Assembly: GCA_951406725.2 (NCBI GenBank)
Contig: OX597820.1
Location: forward strand, 85,126,001 to 85,190,000
Direction: 5' to 3'
Source of the DNA: Octopus vulgaris
Lineage: Eukaryota
DNA length: 64,000 nt
Shown: piece by piece, positions 1 through 13,084 of the stretch
How positions within the stretch are numbered: position 1 is the first letter of the stretch
How the letters are laid out: each line of letters starts with the position of its first letter
Translations under genes and position numbers: made by a program
The notes under the pieces: generated by a model
Database searches by the model: none
Told to the model about the DNA's origin: nothing
What the model saw: only the letters and a program-made list of their open reading frames with translations

Positions 1-269
1 AAATACCGCGTTTAATGTTATGCTGTTCGATTGGCTAATCCCAATATTAAGGTTTAGAAGGAGACGTGCGTTGCACATGGCAATGCTAAATTGTGAGAAT
101 TTGAAGACGACAGTAGAGACCTTATATATTTCAAAGGCCTTGAGCAGCCAACTATGAGGGACACTATCAAACGATTTTCTGTTCAGTATCGACCACATAC
201 GCGGGTTCGAATACTTACGCTGGCAATTCTCTACAATTATTTTAGATATGAACAATTGATCTTTGCACC

Positions 270-826
270 CAACGGAATTCCTGTAACAGACTTTTTCAGC
301 CTCTGGAAGGATAGACTTCTGTTCAAGGAAAGCGTATATTCTGTCAGTTAATACAGATGTGAGGACCTTACATGTGGTGTTGAAACATGTTTCTGATTGG
401 TATTTCTTTTTTTGAGTTGTTGTGTCTTCAGTTTTTGGTAGAAGGTATGTTGTTCCTTCAGTCAGCCAGGCAGATATTTACTCACGGTTCTGGATGATAT
501 CAGTTAGAGATGCAGCGAAATTGTGGTGTACTTCTGTCAAACAATTCAACTAGAAGATAGGAATTCGGTCCAGTCCTGGGTTTTTCCATTTGTGAGACTT
601 CCTAAGAACACATCTTAACTATTCTATTTCTGTTGCCTCACATTTCTGCTCCTCCAATCTCACTTCCTCACGCTCTATCCAGTCAGCTTTAGCATTAAAT
701 CCTTTTTTGTTGCTTTATATTTTCTTTCGGAACTCTTCCATTTCTTCAGTGGTTCCTTTACTTTTGCCAATTTCCCTTCAAAATTTCTTTCCATCCGTCT
801 TGTAGATCTTGTTTTTTTTGATAAAA

Positions 827-828
<2 letters not shown>
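270..828 (-). mobile_element. Fragment of an R4/Dong-type (RLE) non-LTR retrotransposon, region at the start of the RT domain
   Basis: Minus strand reads KSHKWKNPGLDRIP..LNCLTEVH..SLTDIIQN..AWLTEGTTYLLPK (WKxPGxD and WLTxGxTxLLPK motifs) with stops. It is clearly homologous to 45880-46350. Its 5' end abuts the (ATT)n tract at 829. Confidence 0.8.

Positions 829-886
<58 letters not shown>
829..886. repeat. (ATT)n microsatellite separating two RLE-LINE copies
   Basis: Direct reading. Confidence 0.95.
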
Positions 887-2385
887 GTTTTTCCTTCTTT
901 CTTCATATTTTCTTCCGTTTCTCGCGGAGTGTTTTCCATACACCTAGGGCAGAGAAGGGCATTGTATGCATTCCCAGATTACACGCGCAAATTCACAGAT
1001 AACATACGTATTTAAAAATGAATAAATAAATGAATTCATGGATGGATGTTATTTTCACAGCGATAGAGCTCTTCTCAGTACATAAGCCGTTCCAGTTAAT
1101 ACGATTTTTTGCACTTCCTGTAGGGATGGTAAGCCTGGAATCATTTTCAAATAGGTTTCAGTGCCTTTTTTTATCATTCCTAGAGATCCTACAATCACTG
1201 GTACTGTAGTCGCCTTGAGATGCCACAATTTTTCAATTTCCATTAGCAGGTCTTGATATTTACTAATCTTGTCAAATTCTTTCGCCGCTATATTGTGATC
1301 ACAGGGAATACTCATGTCAATTAATAAACACATCCTTTTTGTCTGATCTTTTATAACGATATCCGGTTTCTTGGCTTTTATAGTCCAGTCGGTCTGCACG
1401 GGGAAGTCCCATAGAATCAACACATTTTCACCCTCAGTCACAGCTTCAGGATGATGTTTATACCATTTGTCAGCGGTTTTGATTTTATAATGTCGACATA
1501 TTGTCCAATGTAAATACTGGCCGACTCTGTCATGTCTTGCTTTATATTCTGCAGGTGCTAAGACTCTACACCCTGAGATTAGGTGGTCTATTGTTTCAAT
1601 CTCATCGTTACAGAATCGGCATTTTGGGTCAGCTCCATTTTTCATCACATTGGCTTGGTAATTCCGGGTAAATAAGCTTTGGTCTTGAGCAGCTAATATG
1701 AATGATAAATTTTCTGTGTTGTTCAACAAACATGTGATTTTCAAAATCTGTTTCGACATCATTTTCCGGGCTGTTTTTTCTAGGGTCATATTTTCCTTCT
1801 TCTTCAGGATCTTAAGTCGATTCGGCAGATGGTCGCCTTTCAGTTAATACTTGTGGCCCAACATTCCTCTCCCCAACTTCGTTATTTCTTTCCTGACTTG
1901 CATTTAGGTCATTCTCTACCACTTTTTTAATAGAGGTTAATTCTGTATCTGTGAGTCTGGTATTTCTGAAGATATCTCTTCTAACATTTGCTAATCTATT
2001 TTCATCCAGGTTTGGTCTGCTAGCTGGATTCCGGCTCCTCCAAATTCTGTAGGAGTTTGCGGTGTGTTTTTCTTGGGTTGGCCTACTTAATGCAAAGTAA
2101 TAAGCATATATTATTTCTTTATATTCTTCCCAGTTCCATTTAGTTCTTTTACTTTTTTGATTTTCTGGTCGTTGTGGTGGTGAACTTTGGGGGCTTAATT
2201 TGGGACAAATCCCGTTTAAGTGACCTTCCAGGTTCGTATTCGGGGAAGATATTCTGCCATTTGAAAATTTTTCGCCATCAGGCTGGCACCCTCCTGACGG
2301 GCGCGCTTCCTTTGTACCCATTGGACAAGCGATTCTGTGTACTGTTAAAAAGTTTCTTTTCAAGTAAAGTTAAATTATTATTAAG
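887..2385 (-). mobile_element. Internally deleted R4/Dong-type non-LTR retrotransposon (N-terminal domain fused to CCHC + RLE endonuclease; RT absent)
   Basis: ORF 1812-2363 contains KRTKWNWEEYKEIIYAYY (homologous to 47190-47400). ORF 1055-1789 contains AAQDQ, CRFC..ETIDHLISGC, RHD, KPDIVIKD and D..K..KY. The 3' UTR (ctgccctagg...gaagaaag) matches that of 21600-21672 and ends in (TAA)n. Confidence 0.85.
1055..1702 (-). pseudogene. Open C-terminal CCHC zinc knuckle + PD-(D/E)xK restriction-like endonuclease domain of an R4/Dong-type LINE
   Basis: Uninterrupted frame FILAAQDQSLFTRNY...CRFCNDEIETIDHLISGC...KPDIVIKD...VLRRALSL*. Confidence 0.85.
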
Positions 2386-2588
2386 TTTTCATTAAAAAAA
2401 AAATAATAAATAAAATAAATAAAATATAAAAAATAATAATAATAATAATAAAATTTTTAAAAAGTTTAAATAAAAGATTTAACCACTAATTTTCATATAG
2501 GGGCCACATTTATCATCATTAGTAGCAGAAACTGCCCCAGTTATTGTAGCAGCAGCAATATCATTGTCAGCAGTTGGAGTGGCAGTGG

Positions 2589-2592
<4 letters not shown>

Positions 2593-2664
<72 letters not shown>

Positions 2665-2699
2665 ATTATTATTATTATTATCATCATCATCATCATTAC

Positions 2700-2777
<78 letters not shown>

Positions 2778-2827
2778 CATTATTATTATTATTATTATCA
2801 TTATTATTTTTATTATTATTATTATTG
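2593..2827. repeat. (ATT)n/(ATC)n microsatellite
   Basis: Direct reading; source of the poly-N/I/L ORFs. Confidence 0.95.
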
Positions 2828-3039
2828 ATAAAAACTGCCAGAAAAGTCATACACCGCACAAAATTCTTTACGCTATTTTTCCTGTTTGAGCTCCGAGTCC
2901 AAATGTACTAAGTTTTACATTATATTTAGTATGAAATTGTCAAACCTTAATTCCAGTCGACGTACAAAAACTGCTAATCACAGATTGAAGCTGTGATATA
3001 ATCTTTGCTTTAGAAACAGTTTCAATATTACAAGATGAA

Positions 3040-3430
3040 TGCAGCAAGATGGTAAAACCTTTAGACGCTGAACAAAATGTTAAGCTCCATTTTGTCTGCC
3101 AGCACGTTCTGAATTAATTCAAATCCCTTTGGTGTTGAGTTTGCCTTTCATCTCTTAGAGTTCGACAAAATCGCTGGTGTTGTGCCAAAATTTCAAACCA
3201 GTATTAAATCAAGAGGAATGCGGCGAACTCGTAGAATCGTTAGCACACAAAACAAACTGCTTCGATGCATTTTATCTGTCTTCACGTTCTCCGTACAAAT
3301 TGGGCCGAGATCGAATTCTACTTCTAACATTTCGAGGTCAATAAACTAAACGCCAATCAAGAACTGGGATCGATGTAATCGACTTACTCAATCGTCCGAA
3401 ATAGTAGGCCCTGTGCCAAATATTTGCATC
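3040..3430 (+). mobile_element. Two tandem, diverged tRNA-derived Meta-type SINE copies
   Basis: gcggcgaactcgtagaatcgttagcac head, ttcaaat B-box-like segment, gcctttcatc..gtcgataaa Meta-like core, gatcgatgtaatcgactta, tgtgccaaa tail. Same family as 4373-4582. Confidence 0.65.
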
Positions 3431-3536
3431 AATACTGCAGCAAGACGCAAACAACTTGATTGCTAGTATGAACCTTCTGAGAATATTTATGTTCATATAT
3501 CAACAATGTCATCATCCAACGTCAGGTGCTGATGGT

Positions 3537-3905
3537 CCTGTTAGTACACATCAAGTGCTGATGATCCTGTTAGTTCAGCGCCCATGTTAAAAAAGAAATA
3601 TTAAAGGGTTGGGCTGGGAGATTTGTTAGGACATAATGCTCAACAGCGGGTTCTGCTGACTCCAGATTAAGGATTGTTGTGGAGGGTAGAGTTTGGAGTT
3701 TCATTTTTCATCATAATTTATCTTTTGTCTGTTCCATCTTTCTTCACCTTGCGAGTTGATTTTGATAATCATACACAACTTTTAGATTGAATATGCACTT
3801 CAAAACACATTTAAGACTTAACACTTTGTCCAAATTATGTGGGGCGTTCTGGAGATTTCTTTCATACTTATTTACTCTTTACTTGTATGTCTGTTTTCCG
3901 TCCTC
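3537..3905 (+). repeat. ~370-bp repeat, inverted partner of 9839-10223
   Basis: Aligns end to end with the reverse complement of 9839-10223 (e.g. caacttttagattgaatatgcacttcaaaa). Confidence 0.9.
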
Positions 3906-4099
3906 TCTCTTTCTTTCCCTCCCACCTTGCTTGCTTCTTTCTGTCTTTCTTTTTCTCTCTCTTCAGTGTTGTAGTATGTGATCATAAATGACTTCTGCAA
4001 ACGGCAAGTTATACATCCAGTAAAAAGGATTAAATAACACCGCCATTTCGCTATTTATATATATATATATTTATATACGGTGAAGAAATATAGCCTACT

Positions 4100-4357
4100 T
4101 TTGCAATCATGATTGTTAGGTCAAGGGTTCAATTCCCGTGACTGACTAGCGCGTTGTGTTCTTGATCAAAACAATTCATTACACATTGATCCCGTACGCT
4201 TAGCTGTAAATGGGTAAACCTGAGACGGAGTAGACATCCGATCATTGGCTTGCCCACTTAGTCAACGAGGTGGCATCTTTCGAAAGCTGAAACGAGACAA
4301 ATCGCATTGTAACCAGCGATGTTTATCCGATAAATGAAGATGATCACGTTATCACGA
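4100..4357 (+). mobile_element. tRNA-derived CORE-type SINE (diverged)
   Basis: ggttcaattccc B box followed by ttgtgttcttgatcaaaaca...gctgtaaatggg CORE-like segment; related to 11290-11540. Confidence 0.6.
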
Positions 4358-4372
4358 AATATACGGTAGTTA

Positions 4373-4582
4373 TGCGGTGAACTGGGAGAATCGTTACCTC
4401 ACTGGACGAAATGCTCAGAGGTATTTGCTCCGCATCTTCATACTGAGTTCAAATATCGCCGAGGACAATTGTGCCTTTCATCCTTTCGGAGCCGATGAAA
4501 TAATGTACCAATTGAGTACCAGAGTCGATGTAATCGACAAACCACTTTCCGCCAAAATTTGCGCCTATGGTAGAAAGAATGT
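4373..4582 (+). mobile_element. tRNA-derived Meta-type SINE
   Basis: gcggtgaactgggagaatcgtta...gagttcaaat...gcctttcatcctttcggagccgatgaaataatgtacca...gtcgatgtaatcgac. Confidence 0.7.
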
Positions 4583-5301
4583 TTATATACGGTAACTTTC
4601 CCCACCCCCCACTTTTACAGAAGGAATAACATATTTCTTAATAGGTTCACATTCATTTTTACAAATGCATCCAATAAAATCCCACATTTTCTATTTTTGT
4701 TTTTGTTTTTTTTTCTGAATACTCTCGCTTTCAGCATTCACGTCTTCTGTTAACACTCAAAATTCAATGCAGCGATTTATGAACTTTCAGCTCAATAAAT
4801 GCACATTTTTTTTATAGGCTGTCTACTGTGTACTATATCCATTCAAGTTCTTTTTCTCAGACAAAACATTTATCTGCATGCGAGTGTGTTTACATTTACA
4901 GAGTAATGAATCCGAAAGCATTTATTTTGATATAGAGTAAAACTATGTTCCCATAAAGAAAGGATATGCTTTATTCTTATTTCTTAAAACGAGTTCGAAA
5001 TTCGAAGACGTTCAAATCACAACTATCTCATTCAAATATAATATATTTGTCTCTTATCGTTTTCTTGTCCTAGTCATTGAAGTCCGACCATGCTAGGTAT
5101 GGCCTTGAAGGCCAACGCTACTGGTTTGATCGTATAATCTGGAGCGCTAATTTACGTGGACGTAAGCATACCAACTCTTGTAGTTGGACCGTGGTGGGAA
5201 ACAAACACATACACAAAGACACGAAAACTTAAATATACACATACATACATGCATACATTCATGCATACATTCATACATAAACGTGTATATATATATATAC
5301 T

Positions 5302-5353
<52 letters not shown>

Positions 5354-5354
<1 letters not shown>

Positions 5355-5741
5355 TGGCTCGGCTTCGCGAACGAAGATCAGGAAGGCTGTCCACGTCGCG
5401 TGCATGCACGCTCATCACTGACAAGTCCGATATGGGAAAGGCAGTTCCGTGAGCAGTGTCCACAAAGGAAGGTAACATCCGGTTTGGTGTCAGAAGCGGC
5501 TCGCGCCTTCCTCCTGCGTCTCTTGTATTTAAGTGCGTTTCTTCTTTGTTCCTCAGACTTGCTGACTGCGTTGAAGATCGTGTGGCGCCAGACATCATGG
5601 TCCGCAGCCGGGTCTGGCCAGCATTGGTGGCTAATTTGACATGCTGTTAGAGACTTCTTGAGGCAGTCTTTGTAGTGCTTCCTCGGAGCTCCTCTCACTC
5701 GGTGGCCGGTGGAGTGGTCGCCAAACATGGCAATCTTTGGA
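5354..5741 (-). mobile_element. 3' fragment of an RTE-clade LINE, flanked by (TA)n on both sides
   Basis: ORF 5378-5728 PKIAMFG..G.R.RGAPRKHYKDCLKKSL...CGHCSRNCLSHIGLVSD matches the RTE C-terminus with its terminal zinc-finger-like motif; short 3' UTR tgatcttcgttcgcgaagcc. Confidence 0.8.
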
Positions 5742-6490
5742 ATATATATACATATATATATACATATATATGTGTGTGTGTGTGTTTGTGTGTGTATACA
5801 TATATATATATATATTCATATATATATATTTATATATATATTTCATTTTCTGTCTCTCCACACAAAATGCAATGGGGTGATCTTTGTTACTATATGAAAT
5901 GAGATCTTGCAGATTACATAAACACAATATTGACATCATAACTGCAAATGTATCGAGATGATTACCAGTCAAACAATAGCATATCAGAGACATAGGACAC
6001 TTACTTATTTCACGTTCTTAAATATATAATAGGAAAAATATTTAAATAACAAACACAATGTGAAATGTCACGAGAAATACACTGGCGTTACATACTGAAT
6101 TAACATAGATGCTGTGTGTTGATGAGAGACAAATAGCTTTAAAAACACAGTCGACACACAATTATAGACAACAATGATGTATTTCCTATTCTAACAATGG
6201 CTATATTAATTATTTATGACAAAGAAGCACCGGAACCATAATATATGAAAATAAATTGTAACTATCAATGTCTGAATTTATAGGTGTTACATTGTGAAAT
6301 GAATGCGTAGAGATAAACAAGATTTCAAGACAGGTTGGTGTTCAGAATTCACAGAATGAGCGTGCACTCGCACATACATACATACATACATACATACATA
6401 CATACATACATACATACATACATACATACATACATACAAACATACATACAAACACACACACACACACACACACACACTCTCTCACACACA

Positions 6491-6537
<47 letters not shown>

Positions 6538-6538
6538 T

Positions 6539-6697
6539 TGATTCTTTATTGCCCACAACGGCTAAACATAGAGGGGACAAACAAGGACAGACAAAGAGAG
6601 TAAGTCGATGACATCGATCCCAGCGCTTAACTGGTACTTGTTTAATCGACCCCGAAAGAATGAAAGGCAAAGCTAACCTCGGTGGAATTTGAACTCA
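6539..6697 (-). mobile_element. Meta-type SINE (partial)
   Basis: Reverse complement of gagttcaaattccaccgagg...gcctttcattctttcggggtcgattaaacaagtaccag. Confidence 0.7.
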
Positions 6698-7280
6698 CAC
6701 ATATATATATATTCACATAGAACTGGAAAGACTATATGGCAAGACTGGCTCTTTCAACTCTGGGCAAAGTCTGCCAATAGGTTACCCTTTGTATTTGACG
6801 ACACACAGCAGAGTTATGGCAATACGACAAACAAAAAATGTAACGCAAAGAGAACGAAGACGAGTACTCATGACAAGGTGAACGACTTAACCACCCTGGC
6901 ATAACTGACCAAAGCCAAACACGTATAATGAAACAAACAAAGGCAAACACACATAGATGACCGTACACACCTTGTATACATACAACCGACAGTCTGGTGG
7001 AAAACAAAATCATACAAATAAATATATTCATATATATGCATGTATTGGTATACACACAGACACAGAGAGAGGAGAGAGAGAGAGGGAAAGATAGAGAAAT
7101 TGGTGGAGAGAGAGAGTGCTAACACAAACAATATATAATATATGAGATAACACGGTTGAGCACATTCATATATATGAACGGATTTGGCAGACAGGAGGAA
7201 ATAAATTTCATCATGTAATAAAAAAAATGCTATTAACATACACAGACATAGACGCACTCATATGCACACAAACACGCGTT

Positions 7281-7319
<39 letters not shown>

Positions 7320-7347
7320 GCAGACAGATATATGTACACAAAGATTA

Positions 7348-7390
<43 letters not shown>

Positions 7391-9072
7391 CTGTGAGTCT
7401 GTGTGTGTATGTGTGTGTGTGTGCGTGTGTGTGTGTGTGTGCATGTATGTGTATGTCTACGTATATATACAATTAGTTGTAGCGAAAGGAGAATAAATGC
7501 TCGCATAAAAATATGTATAAATATTCATATATAATAGCTTATACACGTGTACGCATTTGCTGTACACATACCCACCCAGTCACACATGCACACATATACA
7601 CACTCACACGAACGTACATATACAGGACATACACAAAGAAATTAAATAAAAGACGGACATATGGCATAGCGTATTTTATTAATATTATCATCTAATGGTT
7701 TTCAATTAGGTTTGCATTTGTTTTTTGTTTCTTCGTTCTTTTACCTATTGCTTTATTTTCGTTTTACATTAAAATAGCATATATCTGTTTTACATTTATT
7801 CTTCTATTTAAATTTCAAACGTTTAGAATTAAATCGAATCACGACGGCATTTTATTTTCAAGTTATTGCTTCTTTATTTTAAGTCATATATTTTTTTATA
7901 TTTTATTTTCATTTCCAATTTAAACTAATCTGAATAGAAACAGATAGAGAAGCAACCACGCCGGTATATAAGTAAACGCACAAAATATTAATCATACCTG
8001 AATAATTTAGAAAGCAAAGAAACCAACCAACTACTTTGGTTGTTGAAGAAAATAGCCCGAGGATAGAAACCGTATCACATATTGTTAATTTTAAACTAGT
8101 AATAAGTCAAAATATGAACTTTCCTAACAATCTCGGCAGCAATGTACTATGGGTTTAGATAAAGACATATCCACAATTATGCTATGTTATTGTGTGCTTA
8201 TAAATAGTTTATATTTATTATTTCACTTCAATGATAATTTATAGACCGAAATAATTACTCGGTTTCAAATTGCTGAATGTATTGTTGAATGTATTGTTCT
8301 AACTATCAGTTAAGATTCTGTTCATTATCACATATGTAAGTCTGCATATACGTACATAGGTTCTTGTGTGTGTGTATTTGTGGTGGATGCGTGTGTATGT
8401 GCTAGGATCACTGAATTATTAAGAATATGCTTCATAGGCTTAGAATCTGAGATCGATTCGGCTGTTTTGCCTCTTGAACAAATGTAATTTTCTGTAGACT
8501 TGGTTTCGGATCAGGCACTCCCCATGGAAATTGGATATTACTTTCTCGATGGACTGTATCACTAATTCAACGGTACCAATTTCTTATAAAATATGTCCCG
8601 AATTATATATGCTCCCTTGATTTCCATAATATAACTATAGATTTCATATTAACCAAAACTATGCATTAGACAAGTCCCTTCGATGCCATTTTGTGTAAAA
8701 GCAACGTATTTCTGTCTGCCTGTTATACACCTCGCTGACTACAAAATTTTGTAGACAATGCATAATAATGAGAAAAGACACTGTTAATGCATCAGTCATT
8801 TATTAAAACGAAGATGCTGTCAACAACATCTTATATAAGCAAAGCGGAACAATATGTATTTCTGTTCTCAATAATAATGCATAATACGTAGTTTGGGATT
8901 CTGTGACTTATTTAAATCCACGCATAGGATTTAAAACAACCGAATGATGCATATTTCATTACGATACCTCTTTCTGTATATTCTATACAAGTTATATTGT
9001 TTATATCATTTAATTACATTATAACATTGTATAAATCTATAGAAACTGCATGCAGAATAATAGCGCATAAAT

Positions 9073-9772
9073 ACAGGGTGTTCCAGATAAATTTAACAGT
9101 TTGCCTAAAATGAAAATATAAGACAATATTCTATCCAAAATTATAAGTATTTTAAATAATAAATATGTATCAACTAAGGGATAACAGTCTCAAAACATAC
9201 CCAGAACCTAGAACATGCGTTCTTCTCTGTGTCCATGAGAACACATTCTTGATCTTGGACACTGATGCGTGTTGGCGTTGATGTGTTTCTCAATCGCGTT
9301 CCACACATGTTAATTAGAATGCCAGAAATCGGGGCAGGTAACGACGTAGCAATTCGCCGACAACCATTTCAGACTCTTTTCAGCAGCGTTGCATAGTTGT
9401 CTAGATTGATTATAAGGCACTGCTGAAAGACGCGGGGCGTACAGACGCATTCAGAACATCCGATGCGCCCCTTCCTGCTGGCAACTTCTTTACTGTCTCC
9501 ATTGCAACTCTCCATGAGACGCCTTACACGCTTTACAATATTCACAGATCATTGAACAGCAGTCATAGTGTCGCATTTTCATACCCGGCGCATCATGATC
9601 ACAGCAACCCTTTTTTTCAATAGTTAGATCGTTTCTAGTCATCTATGTCATTTAAGTTTTTCTCAGATACAACTTTAATTGTTATTCTCTCCAATGCCAT
9701 TGACTATTCCCCAATACTAGAACTCATGAAAAACACAACCTATAAAATTATCAACTTTAGATCGAACACTAT
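9073..9772 (-). mobile_element. Decayed Tc1/mariner (maT/DD37D-like) DNA transposon
   Basis: Starts TA-cagggtgttcc with a degenerate inverted end near 9765 (gaacact-ata). Minus-strand remnants KWLSANC..PDFW...VWNAIEKH resemble the DFWPPxSPDLNP..VW region. Confidence 0.55.
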
Positions 9773-9838
9773 ACAAAACACTATTCAAATAACTCCTTAA
9801 CATTTACCTAAGTACCTGCAAAGGACATAGTAACCCTT

Positions 9839-10223
9839 GAGGAAGGAAAACAGACATACAAGTAAAGAGTAAATAAGTATGAAAGAAGTCTCCAGAAGGC
9901 CCCACATAATTTGGACAAAGTGTTAAGTCTTAAATGTATTTTGAAGTGCATATTCAATCTAAAAGTTGTGTATGATTATCAAAATCAACTTGCAAGGTGA
10001 CGAAAGATGGAACAGACAAAAGAGAAATTATGATGAAAAATGAAACTGCAAACTTTAGGAAACTCCATGTCTACCCTCCACAACAATCCTTAATCTGGAG
10101 CCAGCAGAACCTGCTATTGAGCATTATGTCCTAACGAATGTCCCAGGCCATCCCTTTAATATTTCTTTTTTAACGTGGGCGCTGAACTAACAGGATCATC
10201 ATCACTTGATGTGTACTAACGGG
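9839..10223 (-). repeat. ~385-bp repeat, inverted partner of 3537-3905
   Basis: See 3537-3905; this copy carries an extra ~15-bp internal segment. Confidence 0.9.
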
Positions 10224-11179
10224 AGCTTCTTCATGTTGTGTGCGCTTGCGCATGTGTGTGTGTGTGCGTATCTGCGTGTTTGCGTGTGTGCGTGTATGCG
10301 TGTGTGCGTGAGTGCGAGTGTGTGTGTATCTGTGTGTGTACGTGTGTATACACACAGATTCAAGTCACATCTTGTCTGCAGAGAATAGATCATTGATGAG
10401 GTTGCGAATAGCAACGGAAGAATAAACGCCCGATTGCTTGCTTAACCAACACATTGGACAAACGATCGATTACTTAGATGGTTAGATATTTAACCAATTG
10501 ACTAACAAAAAAATAATGAAGCAGCGGGTCTGTTATTATTGGCGTACTGACTCTCCCATGACACAATAATATATACACACACTTACACACTTTCCAAAGT
10601 ACTAGACCTCGAAACACGCAATGGTTGAGTTCCCTTGTGGAGTCTGCCAATATACTGCTCAGTTATTGGTTGCTTGGTTCAGACAAGTACTCAATCGAAC
10701 AAGCGATATGTATCATTTGACGAATACATGTGTTATGCGTGAACTACAGGCTCTTCAATAGTACAACAATCGGACGAGGTTGTGCAGCCTATCGCGCGTA
10801 TAATTCCGGTGTACATTATATATATATATATATGCGTGTGTGTGTGTATGTATGTATATATGTATGTGTGTGTGTCTGTATATGTGTATGTGTGTGAGTG
10901 TGTGTGTGTATGTATATGTATATATGTATGTGTGAATATATATATATGTGTGTAACGTACGTCTCTCTAATATATCTAGCTATGTGTGTGCATTTGTGCA
11001 GATATGTAGGAATCGTACATACATCTACTCAATTATCTATACATTTCCCATTTCATTCGAACATAAGATATTTAAGTTTCAAAGAATTTCTAATAACCAT
11101 GCATCATTAACGGTATTTAAGTAGGTGCTAACTAGAAACTACTTTTCTACTCATATACACGCACACACACAAACACATG

Positions 11180-11289
<110 letters not shown>

Positions 11290-11540
11290 GAGGCGAGTGG
11301 TTTAGTGGTTAGGGTGTCAGCACCATGATCGTAAGATTGTGGTTTTTATTTCTGGACCGGGTGCAGCGTTGTGTTCTTGAGCAAAACACTTCCTTCCACG
11401 TTGCTCCAGTCCACTCAGCTGGCAAGAATGAGTAACGCTGCGATGGACTGACGTCCCGTCCAGCTGGGGAACACATACACCATAGAAACCGGGAAACCGA
11501 GACAATGAGCCTGGCTAGGCTTCAAAAAGGGCGCATTTAT
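11290..11540 (+). mobile_element. tRNA-derived CORE-type SINE
   Basis: A box tggtttagtgg, degenerate B box, CORE-like tgtgttcttgagcaaaacact...cagctgg; 3' part shared with 52356-52653. Confidence 0.75.
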
Positions 11541-12330
11541 TATTTTTTATACACACACACACACACACACACTGTGCTATTAGAATCATTAGCATGCAGG
11601 ACGAATTTCGTCTTTTCTAACATTGTGAGTTCTAATATATCCGAGGCCGACATTGCCTTTCAGCATTTCGGAGTCGATAAAATAAGTACAAGTTGAGCAG
11701 TTGGGTCGGTGCAATGGAGTTAGCTACTTCTGTGTATGAGTATAAGAACTGCATCCTTCCACCAAGCCATGTCGAAGTCGAATCAGTCTGGCAGAGTAAG
11801 CTCATCAAACCAGTAGGATCTCAAACCTAAATTCGCTGCCTCCGCAACATATCGTGGTAGGCGGAGAGCGCGTGCCGAGGCCTACACAGGAGGCAACAGA
11901 GATTTTCATAATCTTTTTTGTTATTATACTTAGGCTTCTTTAATAATAAATGAAATTGTGATTCATAAGGGAAATTTTATAATCAGGTTATCACTCCTTC
12001 AGAGATTTATCTGATTCACATGAACGTTATATAGTAATCGACACAGATTTTTATAGTATCCTATGTAACGATTGAACTATAGCTGGTTAAACATTTCCAT
12101 ACATTAGTAGTAGATAGAAGACACATAATCGTTATCATAGTAGATAAAGAATTAGTTTCTATCACCAATCTGTCTATGAAAATGGGAAAAGATGTATCGA
12201 TAGCAATTAGTATTGAAAGATCACACCACGATATCTATCCAGTATATGTTTCACGTTAGGAAGCTAATTACCATGAATTTTCGTTGGCACCCTCATGAGT
12301 AGACACACATATGCACTTATATTTACAAAG

Positions 12331-12370
<40 letters not shown>

Positions 12371-12380
12371 TCATATATTC

Positions 12381-12431
<51 letters not shown>

Positions 12432-12530
12432 TATGTGTGTGTGTGTGTTTGTAAGAATATTTATACACATATCTATCTACCTATCTATCTATCTATGTCT
12501 CTCTCTCTCTCTCTCTCTCTCTAGATATAT

Positions 12531-12603
12531 ATATTTGCATAGTATTCAAATACAAGGGGCATTTTTCTTGTTTCTACCTGTCTCTGTCTCTCTAGCTTAC
12601 TCT

Positions 12604-12675
<72 letters not shown>

Positions 12676-12890
12676 AGAGTAAGCGAGAGATACAGAGACA
12701 GGTAGAAACAAGAAAAATGCCCCTTGTATTTGAATACTATGCAAATATTCGCTTTAAAAATAACTTTTCTTTTAATTTTTCAAAAAGTTGTTTTCCATAA
12801 CTACAGTTGAAAAAGTCTCATCGACTGAAACCGGTACTGAAATGCATCTTATAAAATTATTTTAGCATTTTCTACCTTGACTTTTCTCCC
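12531..12890 (+). mobile_element. PLE-like pseudo-LTR fragment with fold-back 5' end and minimal hammerhead
   Basis: Arms 12531-12611 and 12668-12748 are reverse complements around a (TA)n spacer. HHR-like motif at 12804-12839; ends in atatatat. Confidence 0.65.
12804..12839 (+). ncRNA. Minimal type I hammerhead ribozyme-like motif (variant core)
   Basis: CAG [TTGAAAA] AGTC-tcatc-GACT [GAAA] CCGG TA CTG: stem I CAG/CTG, 4-bp stem II, palindromic stem III (ACCGGT), GUA triplet. The core deviates from CUGAUGA. Confidence 0.55.
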
Positions 12891-13049
12891 ATATATATCA
12901 AGTCGTGTGTTCCTCTTAAACTTTCTACATACACACATACATACATACATACATACATACATACATACATACATACATACATACCTCGTGTGTACCGTTG
13001 GCGATTCTTTTCCTCTGTCTTCCCTTCTCTGGATCTTTCCTTCTCCTAT

Positions 13050-13084
13050 GTTTCCGACGAAGAGCTCCGCTCGAAACGTTAAAC
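13050..13084 (+). ncRNA. Minimal type I hammerhead ribozyme-like motif in a PLE-like fragment (12985-13190)
   Basis: GTTT [CCGACGA] A GAGC-tcc-GCTC [GAA] ACGT T AAAC: stem I GTTT/AAAC, stem II GAGC/GCTC, palindromic ACGT stem III. Confidence 0.6.

Noticed and set aside
7960-7975. TATA-box-like gtatataag as a promoter
   Set aside because: Expected by chance in such AT-rich DNA; no supporting downstream exon found.
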